Program-made: the position numbers and the translations under genes
Notes under the pieces: model-generated
The model's input: the letters and a program-made list of their open reading frames with translations, nothing else
Database searches by the model: none
What the model was told of the DNA's origin: nothing
Origin: Amoebophrya sp. A120
Taxonomy: Eukaryota; Protista; Dinoflagellata
Length of the DNA stretch: 64,000 nt
NCBI GenBank assembly: GCA_905178155.1
Contig: CAJINV010000003.1
Location: 3,379,600 to 3,443,599 of the forward strand
Direction of reading: 5' to 3'
Shown: piece by piece, positions 38,402-50,685 of the stretch
How the letters are laid out: every line of letters begins with the position of its first letter
How positions within the stretch are numbered: the first letter of the stretch is position 1

Positions 38402-41248
38402 CTAAACGTCGTTTTTGAATCTGATAGTGTCTGAATCCAATCCCACCGTGTCCCGGAGGTCCAAAGGGTCGACGGAAACCCAACCGTCTGAGCTTAGCGT
38501 CGTCGTCGATGTCGGTGCGGCTGAGGCTGGAGATTTTCCGCCCTGACGTGCGTCGGGACGAAACATCTGGGCCTTTTTGGACGACGACCCTTTCATCGCC
38601 TTGCCTTTTTGTTCATCTTGTTCTCGCCCTCGTCTACTCACGCCAGCTTTTCCGCCCGTGATCGCGCCGCCGGTAGTTTTGCTCCCCTCCTTGTTGCCCA
38701 CCTTTGCGGCTGCAGCGTCCGACGTGGCAGAATCTTCCCTGGCACCAGTTGCTGCATCAGAGTTGTCCTCGATCAGTCTCCTACGCATTTTGATATCGAT
38801 CGCAATTTTAGGTTGACGCAGGTGATGCGGAGTGGTACTACTATCGTGGGACTGAATTTGATGGCCGCCGTCGAGTCTTCCGCCTTCATCCCCGCTCTCG
38901 TCCACTTCAGACTCTGCGGCGCTCTGTAGGAGCTCGGGATCGTAGTCGGGCCTGAACTCGCGGATGTCCGTATCGAAAGGGAAAATCCCCCCTCCCCATA
39001 TCAAAGCGGAATGTTGTCACGAATCAGCTTTGTCATGCTACACGGGAAAAGATGCGGACTGTAGTGCTGGGTGGCGTGGGGGAGCCTTGCATCTTCAGCA
39101 TGATAGGAGGCAGCTGAGAGTGGGAAACAGCATGACAAATTGCCTGCAAACGAGACCACGACTGCGGCTCTTGGCCTTCTAGCATGACAAGTCGATTTGG
39201 TACCTCAAATCCTCCATCACAGATTTCCATTTCGATATGGGGAGGGGGGATTTTTCTGTTTGATAGTCCGCCACCCCTTCTGACGTCTCGTTCGGGATCC
39301 ACCAGACGGGGGCACGTTTCTTGATTTTCAGGACCTTTTTGTACGGACGCTTGGAGTACGTGGGAGCCTGGATCATCTGCAGTTCCTCCTTGGTCACCGT
39401 TCCGTCGACCGGCACGATGTACACAGCGGGCGTGCGTCCGCCAATGCTCGCACGAACATTCCCATGGAAGGTCCGGACGTCGGCCACCGGAGCAGGCTTG
39501 ATAATATTCGGTCCTCGCTGTTGAGGTCCACCGGACGTTGCAGGAGTTGTTGGCCCTATAGAGTTCGATGACGCGGTAGTTGCCGACTCGGCTCCGGGAG
39601 GTGTTTTTGACCTGTTTTGCCCATGCTTTTCCGCCAGCACTGAGAGTGCCGGCTGCATCCCGGTGTTGCCGATGATGGCAGTTTTTTTCTTCTGGGCCGC
39701 ACGCTCTCGCGCGCTGCGATAATTTTCGTCGTTCGCTTGTACTTCTCCTTCATCATCAGACGGAGCCTCTAGCTCAAAGCTTGCCTTTGACCGCAACTTC
39801 GGTTTCTGGCTGGCGTTCATCACATGAGTAAGAGTATTAATATTATACCCAGCCACAGCAAGATCCTGTTCCTGCAGCTCACGCTCGGCGTCCCCATTTA
39901 TAATTTTCCCGGTCGCCCCCGTGGAGTTATTGTTCATAGAAGGAGCGCCATTTATTTTCCCGTCTTGCGCAGCGCGCGCATCGATGTTGTGCTTCACGAA
40001 GTACATGATGCATCGGGTGACCAGGCGCGGGTACTCCATGTGCATTTGGTGCGTGCACCCGGAGATGACCCCGATGTCTCCGAGGTAACTGGCACCCTGT
40101 TTATCCATCCAGTCGTCGTCACCGAAAAACGAAATCAACGGGACGCCCTCCAAGTCCACGCGCTCGATGAGCGGCAACTCCGCCTTGTTGGTCAGGAACC
40201 GACCGAAAACGGCGAACAGGGAGCTTTCGGTGCCCGGGCTTGCGTCGTAGTTGATGCCAACCAAGTAGTCCACGAGCGCGTCGAACTCCGCCTCCGGCGG
40301 CGGGGTCGCGAACCGCGTCCGCACCCACGAACGAAAAAAGTAACCACCCCAGCTGCCCATCCCCTTCACAATCTGACTCGGGCCGCCGCTGCTGCTCATA
40401 CCGTCGAACAATGCCTCGATCATCTGCTCCTTGTAGCCCTTTTCGCTCTCTTTCGGCATGCGGGTTTTCGGAAACCCGAAACAGGGACTCAGCAAGATCA
40501 GGCCGGCCAACCGGTCTTTCACGGTGTTCGCGAACGCGGTCGAAATGTATCCACCGAAGCTATGCGCCACCAGAACGAATTTCTCGTACGTTTTATTGTT
40601 GTTGCCGGTCCGACCCTTTTTATTCTTGTTGTTTCCTCTACTAGTACTTTTGGACGTGGTTGATGTTGCCTGTGCAGCTGGGCCAGCACCTCCGCGCAGC
40701 GGTCCTTGGTTCTTACTACTTTCCGCGCTTTCACCCTCGCCCTGGAGGGACGATGCTGGCATTTTCGGGATTACCCCTGCTCGGTCATCACTTCCGGGTT
40801 GTACACCTACTCCGGGGTAGGCATCGCCATTCTCCGCCGCATCCTCGTCCCCGGGCTCCTGCTTCCACGGGATGACGGAATCTAGCCAAAAGCGGAGTCG
40901 CTTGATGAAAAAGTGCTCCACGTCCTCGGGCGACTCAAAGTGGCGCTCCTTCCGCATGCTGCAACCCATGCCGGGCAGGTCCAAAAAGTAGATGGGTCCG
41001 CTCCACCGCTCGACCATGAACTTCATGATGCGGTAGTAGACACCCACCCCGCCGCCATAGCCATGTATGACCACGAGCGGCAATCCGTTCCCTATCTCCC
41101 CACGCCCCTCACACTGGGCGTAGTGAATGCTTTCCTGCGCCCGCGGCAGCAACAGGTCGCGCACTTTCACCGGAACCCGAGCATGTTCCAACAATCGCCG
41201 CTCGATCTCCTGCAGATCCTCGGTGGGCTTCGACTCTTCCGCCCCCAT
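38402..41248 (-). CDS. Alpha/beta-hydrolase, ABHD4/ABHD5-like, copy 1; may have further 3' exons
   Basis: LVVIHGYGGG, YFLDLPGMGCS, FVLVAHSFGGY (nucleophile elbow), LILLSP, FFGDDDWMD, THQMHME. Joined across 38971-39265 as EGVAD-IREFRPDYD. Confidence 0.88.
38971..39265. mobile_element. TIR introner, family B (295 bp)
   Basis: Ends TATCGAAAGGGAAAATCCCCCCTCCCCATATC ... GATATGGGGAGGGGGGATTTTTCTGTTTGATA. TSD GTCCG at 38966-38970 and 39266-39270. Absent from the paralog at ~42455. Confidence 0.95.
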
Positions 41249-42325
41249 TATTCACTTTTTATTGTGTATGACCTTGTTGGAGTCGGCGCGGTAGAAGTAC
41301 CCCGACCCCAAGAAGGCTGTAGTACTTCTACTTACATGAAATGCATCACGGTATATATAACTGTTCCGGCGTCGAAAGTGCACTAGTTTTGTTCTACCGC
41401 TAGTAAGAGCAACCACTTTAAGAAGCTGCTGTGAACAAGTAGAATCATTGTCGATCTATCATCTAAGGTAGGGGAATCCTCTAGTAAGAGTGACTACAGG
41501 AACCTCCATGTGAATAAAGTTTTCGGTAGGGAAAAACCAAAGTGCTTGGGATTTGATGCCTGAGGTGAATGTTCGAAATAGAAGATCGGGTGTCCGTTTC
41601 TTGTTGCAATGCCAAGATTTTTGGTCGCGCGAGGATAACGAGTCTGCTATTGAAGTTGTATCTGCTTGCTCTGCCAATTGATGTTTCGGATCGGTACTTT
41701 CTTTATTGTGCCGCATGCATTTGCATACTCTATTCGACGGCCTTCGCCTATATCTTACATATGTTAGCCAGCAGGTACCTACACCGAATTTTTTACATGC
41801 GAGCGGGCACACCAACACCAACAAGACCGATAAAAGTAGCAGAAATACACAATCCGATTTCAGTCTCCGAAGTTGGCGCAACTCACGTGGAGAGGGACCG
41901 AAAACGAAGTTCTTATGTTGTGCATAAACAGGAGCACAGGACCGAGTACGCCTACAACAGGCGAAAGGGGAACCGAGTCTTGATCTTCGTATAAGTAGCA
42001 CAAGCATAGCCATCAAGGAGGAAGTCAGAAGCACCTCTAAGAAGGACGAAAACACAATTTTTCAGTCGGCGCTTGTAGCATTATTTCCTTTTTTTTCTGT
42101 GCAAAACGAGCTTCAATACGGAAATTGAAATGCAAGCGAGGCAGTGAGTAGAGACTTATTACGGTTACACGGTTATTTCGGTGTCAGGGTTCTCTCGCCT
42201 TTTCGTTCGAGCAAGAACTATCAGCGACTGCGTGAGCGAATTATTATGCTTTGGGAGTAATAGCGAGTGATAAGTACGCCGGGGTCGTGCTGCCTGTAAC
42301 ACTTTGAGATATCATACTCACAGTA

Positions 42326-45103
42326 CTATTCGTAAACAATGGGTACTCGGCGCTGTCTGATCTCAATTTTCACCTTGGGTTTCGGTTTGTTGGCAGCATT
42401 CACATCCTCGTCGTTTTGGTTCGTCCCGTCGTAATCCTTCCGAAATTCACGGATGTCGGCTAGGCCCTGCGAAGTCTCGTACGGCAACCACCAAACTCCC
42501 GCTCGCTTTTTCAGCTTCACAATCTTTTTGTAGGGCCGACGGGAATATGACTTGTCGCCCCCAAGGGATGCTGCAGCTTTATTCGAGCCAATGGAGCTGG
42601 TGCTATTTTGTTGTTGAAGCAGGTCGTGCTGTGAAGATGATCCCGGCGGTTGGGCCAAATGCGGAAGCAGTGGTGCGATGTACACCGCTGGCGTCTTATT
42701 GTTCACAACTCTTGAAGAGGCTGAACAAGAAGGAGTGGCCAACATCTCCCCCTTGGGCGGCCCGGGTCCAAACATGCCTCGTCCCTGCTCGTCGTCGTGT
42801 CCTCTGTGGTCCAATAAGTGCTGCTCATTGACATTGCAGCTTACGGACGCTATGGCGTCGCTAGTATCAGGTGGGTTGACACCAGTGTAGCTGGGTTCCA
42901 AGAAGCCATCATCTGTCGGCCTGAGACCAGTTTGTTCCCCTCCGCCCGCAGTAGAGGAGGAAGCGGAGGACGACGCTCCAGTTTTTTGGCCGCTCGTGGA
43001 AGCGGTCGTACTTGAATATGAGGAAGCATCGCTTGATCCTCGCGCACGGCGGCCGACCTGCATTTGGCCTTCATTTTGATGATCAGCAAGAACTTCGACG
43101 TTGGAAGCGCCACTGGTGCCGTCTTCAACATCTCTTTTTTCATCATTCTCCTCGGCTGCTTCAACAAACGGTAAACTCTCGTACTGTGAAGACCACGCGT
43201 TGGCAGCTCCAATAGTTTGAGTTTCTGTGCGTGGGAGCGGATCAAAAAACAAACGCTCCTCCTCCTGACGATCTTCTTGAGCAGGTAGCACGCAAGCAGC
43301 AGGCTCCGCTGAAGTAGAAGATCCAGTTCGTGTCGTACTAGCCGTGGTTTGTTCTTGATGCTGCGTGGTTGCAGTGGTTCCAGTTCCTACCTCGGAGATT
43401 ATGTCGCTGCAGCAGGGTGTCTCTTCTATGTGGTGCTTCACGAAGTAGAGAATGCAGCGAGTGACCAGCCTTGGATACTCCAACTGCATCACATGTGTGA
43501 CGCCGCCCTCAATTACGCCAACGTCACCAAGAAACGAGGCTCCCTGTTTATCCATGTAGTCCTCGTTTCCGTAGAACGATATCAACGGAATCCCGTCCAG
43601 GCTCACGCGCTCGATGAGCGGTATCTCAGCCTTATTCACCAAGTAGCTCCCGAACACGGCACCAAAAGCGCGCTCCGTGCCGCGCGGCGCATCGAAGTTG
43701 ATGGCGCCAAGGTAGTCGATCAGGGCGTCACGCTCCATTTGCGCGTCGGTAGATGAAGCCTGCTTATGAAAATGAACACCTCCTGGTCTTGGTGTTCCGT
43801 TGATGTTCCTGCTGTTCTGGTCAAAAATTATGTCTCGCTGCGCGGAGGCATGACCATCGTCGAGCTGTAGCTGCGCCCTTTGGTCGTGGTGCTGCGCGCC
43901 CCGAGGTGGACCTGCTGCTGCACTCGGGATCGCAAGCGCATTCGCGTGGCGGCTGGCTGGCGCGGCGTACGAGCCATTTTTGGTACTTCTGCGACCGCCG
44001 CCAACAACTACCCCACCTGCGGACAGTGCGTCGGCCCCCGTCCCGCCGGGAGCCGCCGGCGAAACGAGAAAAGAGCGCTGCAGATACCCCTTGAAGAAGT
44101 ATTCGCCCCAGCTCTGCCCCAGCGTGTCCCGGGCAATGGCGCCAGGTCCGCCCGAGGAATGCAGCATGTCAAACAGAGCTTCGATCGCGCTTTCCGCGTA
44201 CGTCTTCTCCGTCTCTTTCGGGGCCCGGGATTTCGGAAACCCGAAACAGGGGCTCAGGAGGATGAGGCCGGCCACCCGCGGCTTCACTTCGTTCGCAAAA
44301 GCGGTGCTCAGATACGCCCCGAAGCTGTGCGCCACGAGCACAAACTTTTCGTGCAGCTGGACACGCTTTCGTCCCTTGTCGACCTGAACCTGCAGAATGC
44401 GGTCTCCGCTCGAGGATGGGGTTGCGCCAGCAGCTCCTGTTGTTCTACTACTACTTCTGCCGTTGTTCATCTTCCCTTTGGTCGTTAACTCTGGGTACCA
44501 GGGGAGGACGACATCTAGCCAGAACTTCAGGCGGCGCACGAAAAACCGTTCCACCTCCTCCGGCGTGTCGAAGTGCCGCTCCTTCCGCAGGCTGCAGCCC
44601 ATCCCCGGCAGATCCAGGAAGTACAGAGTGCCCTGCCAGCGCTCGGCGAGGTACTTCATCATGCGGTAGTAGCACGCGAGGCCCCCGGCAAAGCCGTGCA
44701 CGAGAACCATGGGGCGCCCGTTGCCGAGCGATCCCGTGCCCTGCACTTGCGCATACCGGATGCTCTCCCCCGCGCGCGGTAAAATCACATCGCGCATCTT
44801 CACAGAAACGCCGGCGTACTGGAGTAGCCGGCGCTCCACCTCGTACAAGTCCTCCATGGAGCAGGATCCAGTTGTTCCGCGGCCGGGGGAATTAAGAGTA
44901 TTTTCTCCATACTTGTCCTCCTCCACACCATCGGCCCCTGCACCGGCAGCCGACCGACGCGCACGCTTCTGGCTTGCGCGCAAACGTGCTGCTGGGTCGT
45001 GGTCGTGCTGCTGTGATCTTGATGATGTTCCTTCGTGTTGCCCGTGCGACTCGTACTGCTCATATTCATCTGCAGCTGCTTCCGAACCCTGAGAGGATCC
45101 CAT
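42326..45103 (-). CDS. Alpha/beta-hydrolase, ABHD4/ABHD5-like, copy 2 (tandem paralog)
   Basis: MVLVHGFAGG, YFLDLPGMGCS, FVLVAHSFGAY, LILLSPCFGFPK, FYGNEDYMD, THVMQLE. Colinear with copy 1. Likely start MGSSQG at 45103. Confidence 0.88.
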   Translation of the reverse strand: MGSSQGSEAAADEYEQYESHGQHEGTSSRSQQHDHDPAARLRASQKRARRSAAGAGADGVEEDKYGENTLNSPGRGTTGSCSMEDLYEVERRLLQYAGVSVKMRDVILPRAGESIRYAQVQGTGSLGNGRPMVLVHGFAGGLACYYRMMKYLAERWQGTLYFLDLPGMGCSLRKERHFDTPEEVERFFVRRLKFWLDVVLPWYPELTTKGKMNNGRSSSRTTGAAGATPSSSGDRILQVQVDKGRKRVQLHEKFVLVAHSFGAYLSTAFANEVKPRVAGLILLSPCFGFPKSRAPKETEKTYAESAIEALFDMLHSSGGPGAIARDTLGQSWGEYFFKGYLQRSFLVSPAAPGGTGADALSAGGVVVGGGRRSTKNGSYAAPASRHANALAIPSAAAGPPRGAQHHDQRAQLQLDDGHASAQRDIIFDQNSRNINGTPRPGGVHFHKQASSTDAQMERDALIDYLGAINFDAPRGTERAFGAVFGSYLVNKAEIPLIERVSLDGIPLISFYGNEDYMDKQGASFLGDVGVIEGGVTHVMQLEYPRLVTRCILYFVKHHIEETPCCSDIISEVGTGTTATTQHQEQTTASTTRTGSSTSAEPAACVLPAQEDRQEEERLFFDPLPRTETQTIGAANAWSSQYESLPFVEAAEENDEKRDVEDGTSGASNVEVLADHQNEGQMQVGRRARGSSDASSYSSTTASTSGQKTGASSSASSSTAGGGEQTGLRPTDDGFLEPSYTGVNPPDTSDAIASVSCNVNEQHLLDHRGHDDEQGRGMFGPGPPKGEMLATPSCSASSRVVNNKTPAVYIAPLLPHLAQPPGSSSQHDLLQQQNSTSSIGSNKAAASLGGDKSYSRRPYKKIVKLKKRAGVWWLPYETSQGLADIREFRKDYDGTNQNDEDVNAANKPKPKVKIEIRQRRVPIVYE

Positions 45104-46419
45104 GATGGACCGAAATGATGCAGATTCTTTCTCTTGCTGAACTTGAAAAGCTGCTGGGCTGGGGGGAACGAAGCAGAAAAAAGAAGGCAGAAGTTTAGTT
45201 GAAAAATAAACCACTAACACCCATCTTCTTCTAACCTGTCATCGGACGACGAGGGGAAAAAGCAATAGCAAGTTGATATTAAATTTAAATTTTTCTGAAA
45301 AAATAAGGGGTCCGCGAATCAGTGAATTATCCTCCTGCCAGCTTCGCAACACGGGTTGATGTACTACATCACACGAAGCTGTGCTGAGGTGAACCTTAAA
45401 AAGTACACCACATGAAGAGTCATTTGGGGGACGAAGCGGTAGACTTGTCGTCCATCGAGGGGAAGGGTACTTAACTCATACAAACCACCTGGAGAGTGAG
45501 ATTCAGATTACTCATTATCTTTATTGTTCGAGTAGTACGACTACGATTGCATTGACGTATTTCGAACTCAACAATGGCAGTGACCGAATGAGACTCATTC
45601 AATGAGTATGGGTATGGCCGAAGACGGTGCTACACACTTGGACGGGCGCGGTACCGATGACGATTTGCTCGGTAAGGTTGTACGACAGAGTACTATGGGT
45701 ATGGGCTCACGACAAATCGTTCGGAGCAACACGATAAGTTGGCAGTTCATTTGGCGCACGTAACCGAGTTCTAGATGCTTGCTCTTGTTCACAGTTCCTT
45801 CACTGGCACAAATAGCACGACCGATGAATTGTGTCCAGCATTCTCGTTGGTTTACCACACCTGATTCGAAGGTTCATGTCTTTTGCAAGTAGCAGGACGT
45901 CGTCCATTTACTACGAACAAGGAGAGAACCACCACAGGCTCGCACTCGCTTCAGCCTCACAATACATGAGAAAAGTGCAGCTGCGCTTATATTTTTTGCT
46001 GATACTTCTGCGGACGGCACAACCGAAGCAAGAGATAAGTTAATATAGTTGTTTTTTATCCGCTCAAATAATGTCGACACGCTCGCATGTTGCGTACTCA
46101 GATAAAAAGCGCGCTCTTGATCTGCACGCGTCTCAGCTACCTAGATAGGTTCTACAACGGACGTAAAAAGGTGCAAATCAAGATCTTGTTAAAGCGATGA
46201 GATTTCCATTTCACAGGGTACAGCGGAATATCATATTATGGAAATACGATGGGAATGGGGTAGAACTAGAATGTAGAACTATATTCGACGAGAGACACAA
46301 AAAAAACCTAGACGAGCTGCGGCCGCAAGGCGTGCAATTTCGCTTGCCTAGTACGTAGCATAAAGAAAATTCATATTCAGATTCGAATATGTAGAAAGGC
46401 ACCTCCAGCAGGGACGTCT

Positions 46420-49400
46420 TTAGTGATATTTTCCCATATCGATTTCCTGCTGCAGCAGTACTTCGAAGTATATTGGATCCGTTTTGCCTTCTCGAATGTT
46501 GTCCATGGTCTCTTTTGGTGCGTCAAAGTAGTCCCGGAACTGGGGCTGCTTCGTCAAGTTGTCTTTTGCGCCGATGACGTGATGCCTATTGAACCAGTCC
46601 TCCTTTTTCATTTTCTTTACCGGTTTGTTTCCACCCTTTTTTCCGTGCAGCACGTCGTCCCCCGAGGAGTTGCCGCTGTTGTAGGCGAACCCGTCCCGAA
46701 ACCCGTCGGGGTTCCGCGGCGACAGCGGCACGGTGAGGCGCTCCTTGGTGTCGATGTCGATACGCTGTCCCGTGTTCAGCGGCAGCGTGCGCTTCTGCTC
46801 GGGGGAACCTTCCAGCACGCGCTTCGGCTCGGGCGCGATCCCGCGGTAGGTTTCCCGCGCACCGGCGATGCCACCGCCGGTGGCAACGACCGGGAGGCCC
46901 TTGGGGGAGAGCGAGCTGCCGCGGTTGCGCGGAGATCGTTTCTTGTCCCGATTCTTCTCCTCGCGCTTGATGAGCTGCCGGAGCTCCTGCTCGGACTTAC
47001 CCGTTTCGCGCATCTTCTGGTTGATCCACTCCCGCTGCCACTCCGCGTGCAGCTGCTTCTTATAACTGGCGTTGTCCATGGGCCACCTGCGATTCGGAAT
47101 CAGATCCAGGTCCATTTTCCATTCCCCCTTTTCAGACAGGCGGGAGGGAGCCCCGGGGGTGCCATGGTACTTGTAGCGCAGGGGTTTGTTGCTCGTCGGT
47201 TCCGCAGACGAAGAACTGGCCGCGGCAGCCCCGGACGGGGTAATATGATCCGGCGTCTTGGCGTGCACCGTGCTAGAAGCTACTTGCTGAGTCAACTCCT
47301 GTTGTTCGCTAGCGGCGCCTCCACCAGCGGCGGCAGGAGCTCCAGGAGAGGAAGACCCCTTTATCGTGCTTGGCAGGGTGGTGCTACTGGACGCCATTTG
47401 TTGTTGTTCCACCTTGCCTTCTTTCTCGCGAAATGTACTGGCTGCGGTAGTGGAGGAGCCGTTACCGTGCGAGTCCTCCAGAAGTTTTGGTGGTTCGCCA
47501 GTCTCGAACTTCAGGTATATCTTGCTGCGCACTTCTTCCGCCGCCTTGGCCTGGAACTCCTGCTCACGAAGCTTTTTGGCGACCGTGGGGTCGGGAAACA
47601 GTGTCTTGGTGTTCACCTCGAAGGGGGTAGTCAGACGGGGAAACTTCATGCTGGCCTCGATCTTCTTCTGCAACTTAGGATCAACTTTCTTGTCCTTGGC
47701 ACTATCTGCGCTCGGCTCGGCTTCCTGCAAATACTTCTTGGCCGAGTCTCCCAGCTCGTGTGGTCTGTCTGCGGGTCGGTTTCTCCTGCTCGGACCGTGA
47801 GATCCCTGTTTCTGTTCGTACGCAGTGACGTTAAAAGCCGCGCCGGCCGTCGCTGCACCCGCCGTGACGCCGCCTCCCGGGTGGCGCTCTCTCCTCTTTC
47901 CCGCAGCCGGAAGCACCGGCCGCTCCAACTCGGGCTTCTTCATTGGGGAGAGCGGCAACCGCCCCGTTTTGCCGCCGACGGTCTCGATGATGAAAATACC
48001 GGGGGGACCCGGCGTTTTTATGAACTCGGGCTTCGCGATGGGCTGTTTCCTCGCAGCTCTGTCTCGTGCGGCCAATTCCTGCTCCGTGAGAACTGATGTG
48101 AAAAAGAAATTATCCTTGACATTTAAGTGTGACGAAATACATTTTCGTCAGGTGCCTGAGAAAAAAATTCACAGCGCTCGCCACAAGTTGTGCCAACAGT
48201 ACGGCCGACCACGAAAGCAAAACAATAACAAAGCGTATGCTTTGGTTATAATCATGTGGTCGATGATAAAAACGTTATATGATGTGCATAAGAGTGAGTG
48301 TGAGGTGTTATCAAGGAAAGGTAAGTTGTAAGTACCTGGGGGACCGCGGGGTCCGGGGGCTTCCATGATGACTGCGGAGGGTCCACGACTCGAGGGCTTG
48401 GACGCGTCCTGCCGGAAAAATGGTAAGAATACCCCTTCCGACAGATCTAATTTCGGATCAGGCTCGCGCGCACCTCGATCTTCCCGGGGCGCGTCAGGTG
48501 GTGTCAACGACCGGTCCCGACGATGGTGCCTGCGTCGTCGTGCGACCTCCTCTTTCGTTTCGTCGGCCAACTGGAGTCTTTCAAACTCCATTGCGAGCCG
48601 CAGGTCTTGATCTTGGGGGCGATTTTTGTCTACCCTCATCGTAGCGAAGTTTTTCTTGCCTGGCAACTCGTACTCCTTCTTGTTTTTGTTGTCTTTGCGG
48701 GGGCCACCGTAAAAATCCTCATCCTGCACCGAAAAGTGCGGCTCCTGTGTCTGCTCGCCTACTTCCTGCCTGCTGGTTGGGACCTCGTGTGCAATGGAAG
48801 GGACGACTTGCTGCTGTTCTGCAGCACCCTGTTTGCTTGCTGTTGCCGGCTCCGTGGACGAGCTTGTTCCTTCGGCAGCGACCGCAGCTGATGAAGAAGC
48901 TTTCTCCATTGATATTACCTCCTTGCGAAGCTTCTCCTCCTCCAATTCCCGTTCCAGTTTTTGCGCTTCTTGTTCCAGGTGCGCCAGACGAGCTTTTTCT
49001 TCTGCCAAAAGGCGCTCGGCGCGCGCACGCTCTTCCTCGGCCGCGGCGGCTTTCTCTGCTGCCGCAGCTATGCGAGCCCGCTCCGCAGTAACCCGTGCAG
49101 CCTCGGCTTCGGCGAGTTGTTGTTCCCGTTCGCGTTGTTCGCGGAGCTCCTTTTCAGCAGTGTCTGCTTGCTCCTTTGCGCGGCGAGCAGTTTCTGCTTC
49201 CTCCTCGGCCACGGCACGTGCTTGTTTCTGCTCTTCGATTTCGCGCCGTTCTCGTTCAACGCGCCCAGCCTCTGCTTGTTCCTCTGCCTCCAATCGCGCC
49301 TTCTCTACTTCGGCCTCTTGTTGCTGAGAGAGTCGTTGCACCTCCGCTTGCTCCTCCGCCTCTTTTTGTGCACGTTTCGCTTCTTCAGCCTCTTTCTCTG

Positions 49401-50685
49401 CCTGGACAAGTCTCTCTTTTTCCTCCAAATCAACACGGGCCTGCTCTTCCGCTTCAGTCGTAGCGCGTTCCGCTTTGTTTTGGGCTGCTTCATCCCCGGC
49501 CTCGTCGACGGGCTTTTGCTCTCCTTCAGTTGTCGGGGCCGACGCCTGCGCCTCCGCCGCACGGGATCTATTTTCCTCCATCTCGCGCCGTTCGCTCTCC
49601 GCGGCCTCTTGTGCAGCACGTGCCTTTTGCTCTACTGCCTCAAGCCGCTCTTTTTCGGCTTGGGCAGCTGCTGCAGCTTCAACTTTCGCTTTTTCTTCTG
49701 CCTCTATCCGCTCCTTCTCCGCAGCCGCCGCATTTGCAGCTTCGGTTTCCGCCGCTTGACGTGCTTTTTCTTCCGCCTCCAAACGCTCTGCTTGTGCAGC
49801 CGCTGCTCTGGCTTCTTCTTCTGCTGCAATGCGATCCTTCTCAGCCTGCTGTTCCATTTGTTCGGCATCAAGGCGGTTTTTCTCGGCCACTTCCGCTTCG
49901 AGTCGTTCCTTTTCTGCTTGGTCGGCGCGAGCTTTCTCTTCTGCCTCTGCCTTCCTGGATGTCTCTACTTCCTCAGCTGCTAGGCGCTCCTTTTCGGCAG
50001 CTTCGGCCTTGGTTTTCTCTTCCTGCTCGGCGCGCTGTCGCTCACTTTCCGCTGCCGCCTGCACTTGTTCTGCCTCCTTTTTGGCCTTCTCCTCAGCCTC
50101 CAAACGCTGCTTCTCCGCCTCGGCGGCCGCCGCATCCGCTTTCGCTTGCTCCTCCGCGCGCTCGCGCTCTTCTTTGGCCTTTTGCTCCACCGCTTCGGCT
50201 TTTGCTTTTTCGTCTTCTTTGGCCTTTTGCTCCGCTTCGGCTTTTGCCTTTTCTTCGGCCTGTTCTCGTTCAATCCGCTTCTTCTCCTCCTCGGCGGCTT
50301 TAGCAGCTGCTTGTTCCTTTTCTGCCTCAGCCTCTTTCTCCTTTTTCTCTTTCTCCGCCTTTATTGCCGCCGCGTCGTCGACGTTTTCTTTTTTCGCGCC
50401 CCCACCCGCGTTGTCGGCGCCCGCTTCGGAGGAGGAGGAGCTCAGCGCCGGGGCTTCTGAGGAGGAGGAGGACACCACCTGCTTGGCCGCGGCGGCCGCC
50501 CGCGCGGCGGCTTTCGCTCGGAACCCCAGAAGCTTGGACGCCGCCGACTTGACCACGACTTGGACCTGCTTCGCATCGGGCTTCCGCCGCCACCGGTTCA
50601 GCAACTCCTTCACCCGGCTGTTGGCCTCGTCGTCGCCGCTACTGAACGGCAACGACGAGGAGCTGGACGCGCCGTCGTCCGCCAT
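46420..50685 (-). CDS. Large Ala/Glu/Lys/Arg-rich coiled-coil protein, two exons
   Basis: ORF 48169..50685 has AEKERLEAEE-type repeats. A GT-AG intron at 48335..48093 joins PPV-LTEQELAARD in frame with ORF 46420..48075. Confidence 0.82.

Noticed and set aside
46423-48096. 557-aa plus-strand ORF
   Set aside because: It is the antisense shadow of the minus-strand exon in codon register and has no domain-like features.
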